From Endozoicomonas acroporae (GTDB lineage: Bacteria > Pseudomonadota > Gammaproteobacteria > Pseudomonadales > Endozoicomonadaceae): DNA of 32,000 nucleotides. Within the stretch, counting starts at the first letter, position 1. Each line of letters begins with the position of its first letter. Location of the stretch: positions 14,626 to 46,625 of the forward strand of contig NZ_PJPV01000057.1 in assembly GCF_002864045.1 (NCBI RefSeq). Direction: 5' to 3'. A program made the translations under genes and the position numbers. The notes beneath the pieces are model-generated. The model ran no database searches and was not told the origin of the DNA. It saw only the letters and a program-made list of their open reading frames with translations. Positions 30,901 through 32,000 of this stretch are shown piece by piece.

Positions 30901-31940
30901 TGCCTGTGCGGCAGTGAACGAAACCTCTCTATTTTTCCTCCATCCCTTGCGTTTCTAAGCTGCCTGTGCGGCAGTGAACTGGTTGAAGCGTAAAACGTTC
31001 AATTCTGGTCATTTCTAAGCTGCCTGTGCGGCAGTGAACAAGGAACAGGGGTCTTACCGACTAAAGCAAATTTTCTAAGCTGCCTGTGCGGCAGTGAACC
31101 CTGTCGGATCGCTTACCTGCGTTATCTTCGTTTTCTAAGCTGCCTGTGCGGCAGTGAACACAGCCAGGATGAGATAGACCGGTTGCTGACATTTCTAAGC
31201 TGCCTGTGCGGCAGTGAACTTGAGCGCCTTCGACACTTTCAAGGGCTTTCTTTTCTAAGCTGCCTGTGCGGCAGTGAACACTTGCTGAGTGAATCTAACC
31301 CCCGCTTGTGCTTTCTAAGCTGCCTGTGCGGCAGTGAACAAAATTCAAAGCAGAGTACAGCAACGAAGTAATTTCTAAGCTGCCTGTGCGGCAGTGAACT
31401 CTTGTACTTCTGAAAAATGAAGAGTATTCCATTTCTAAGCTGCCTGTGCGGCAGTGAACAACGACCACTACTACAGAATTCCCTGTTTCCCATTTCTAAG
31501 CTGCCTGTGCGGCAGTGAACAAACATCACCGCAGCACTGAACATTTCCAAAATTTCTAAGCTGCCTGTGCGGCAGTGAACTACTTAACATCTTGGAATCC
31601 AACTTTACCGTTTTTCTAAGCTGCCTGTGCGGCAGTGAACCAGGAGCAGGGCGCTTACAGGCTGAAGCAAATTTTCTAAGCTGCCTGTGCGGCAGTGAAC
31701 TCCAAGATGCAAGATAAAATTACTCTTAAGATTTTCTAAGCTGCCTGTGCGGCAGTGAACTTCCGGTTAATAACAGATCAAGAAATTTCAGCTTTCTAAG
31801 CTGCCTGTGCGGCAGTGAACGTTAACCCATGATTCTAGCTCAGAATCAGTAATTTCTAAGCTGCCTGTGCGGCAGTGAACGTGATGATTGTAACTCTGCG
31901 CCTGCATGTGATTTTCTAAGCTGCCTGTGCGGCAGTGAAC
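27951..31940 (-). CRISPR. type I-F CRISPR array, 67 repeats and 66 spacers
   Basis: The 28-nt repeat TTTCTAAGCTGCCTGTGCGGCAGTGAAC has the reverse complement GTTCACTGCCGCACAGGCAGCTTAGAAA (I-F/Cas6f family). Period is 60 bp. Spacers are 61 x 32 nt, 4 x 33 nt and 1 x 30 nt. No variant repeat was seen by eye. First repeat 27951-27978, last 31913-31940. Confidence 0.98.
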
Positions 31941-32000
31941 GGCAACTTTTAGCGGAAAGCCTAGCGGTGTTTGTCAACATAGTTGTCGCCTCAACTTAAG
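31941..32000 (-). other. start of the CRISPR leader (runs off the window)
   Basis: Repeat orientation places the leader to the right of the last plus-strand repeat. The sequence is non-repetitive. It contains TTGACA (31977-31972), but no convincing -10 at proper spacing. Confidence 0.5.

Noticed and set aside
27945-31550. Many ORFs with repeating peptides (FLSCLCGSE, VHCRTGSLE, SLPHRQLRN)
   Set aside because: These are translations of the 28-nt CRISPR repeat in different frames, not genes.
31972-31977. TTGACA in the CRISPR leader as the array promoter -35
   Set aside because: There is no acceptable -10 hexamer at 16-18 nt spacing (the best is TAAAAG at 20 nt), and most of the leader lies outside the window.

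Overview
Gammaproteobacterial chromosome segment, with LpxC, FtsZ and Mur proteins closest to the Pseudomonas/Oceanospirillales type. Bases 1-20000 are an intact, tightly packed division/cell-wall (dcw) cluster on the minus strand: lpxC (5' part), ftsZ, ftsA, ftsQ, ddl, murC, murG, ftsW, murD, mraY, murF, murE, ftsI, ftsL, rsmH, mraZ. A good sigma70-type Pmra promoter sits upstream, followed by an array of GTGG direct repeats that are candidate MraZ operators. Next come the RNase P RNA gene rnpB and rsmI. From about 20000 onward the content is accessory and visibly decayed. It holds an AT-richer orphan gene for a 403-aa protein made of two tandem ~195-aa modules, a possible GntR/FCD regulator fragment, and a two-gene RND efflux locus whose permease is frameshifted and appears to lack part of periplasmic loop 1. 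It also holds a 2.4-kb element bounded by IS3-type inverted repeats. In that element orfA carries a nonsense codon, orfB has lost its catalytic core, and the middle is replaced by about 1.55 kb of unrelated DNA encoding orphan repeat proteins. The window ends with a 67-repeat type I-F CRISPR array (27951-31940) read on the minus strand, with its leader at the right window edge. No cas genes lie in the window. I do not see a clear multi-gene novel system. The most interesting unexplained material is the IS-bounded orphan gene block next to the cut-off end of the CRISPR array, the duplicated-module PPxY protein, and some structure among the spacers. Many start codons in the ORF track are over-extended and were trimmed using RBS and neighbour-stop evidence.
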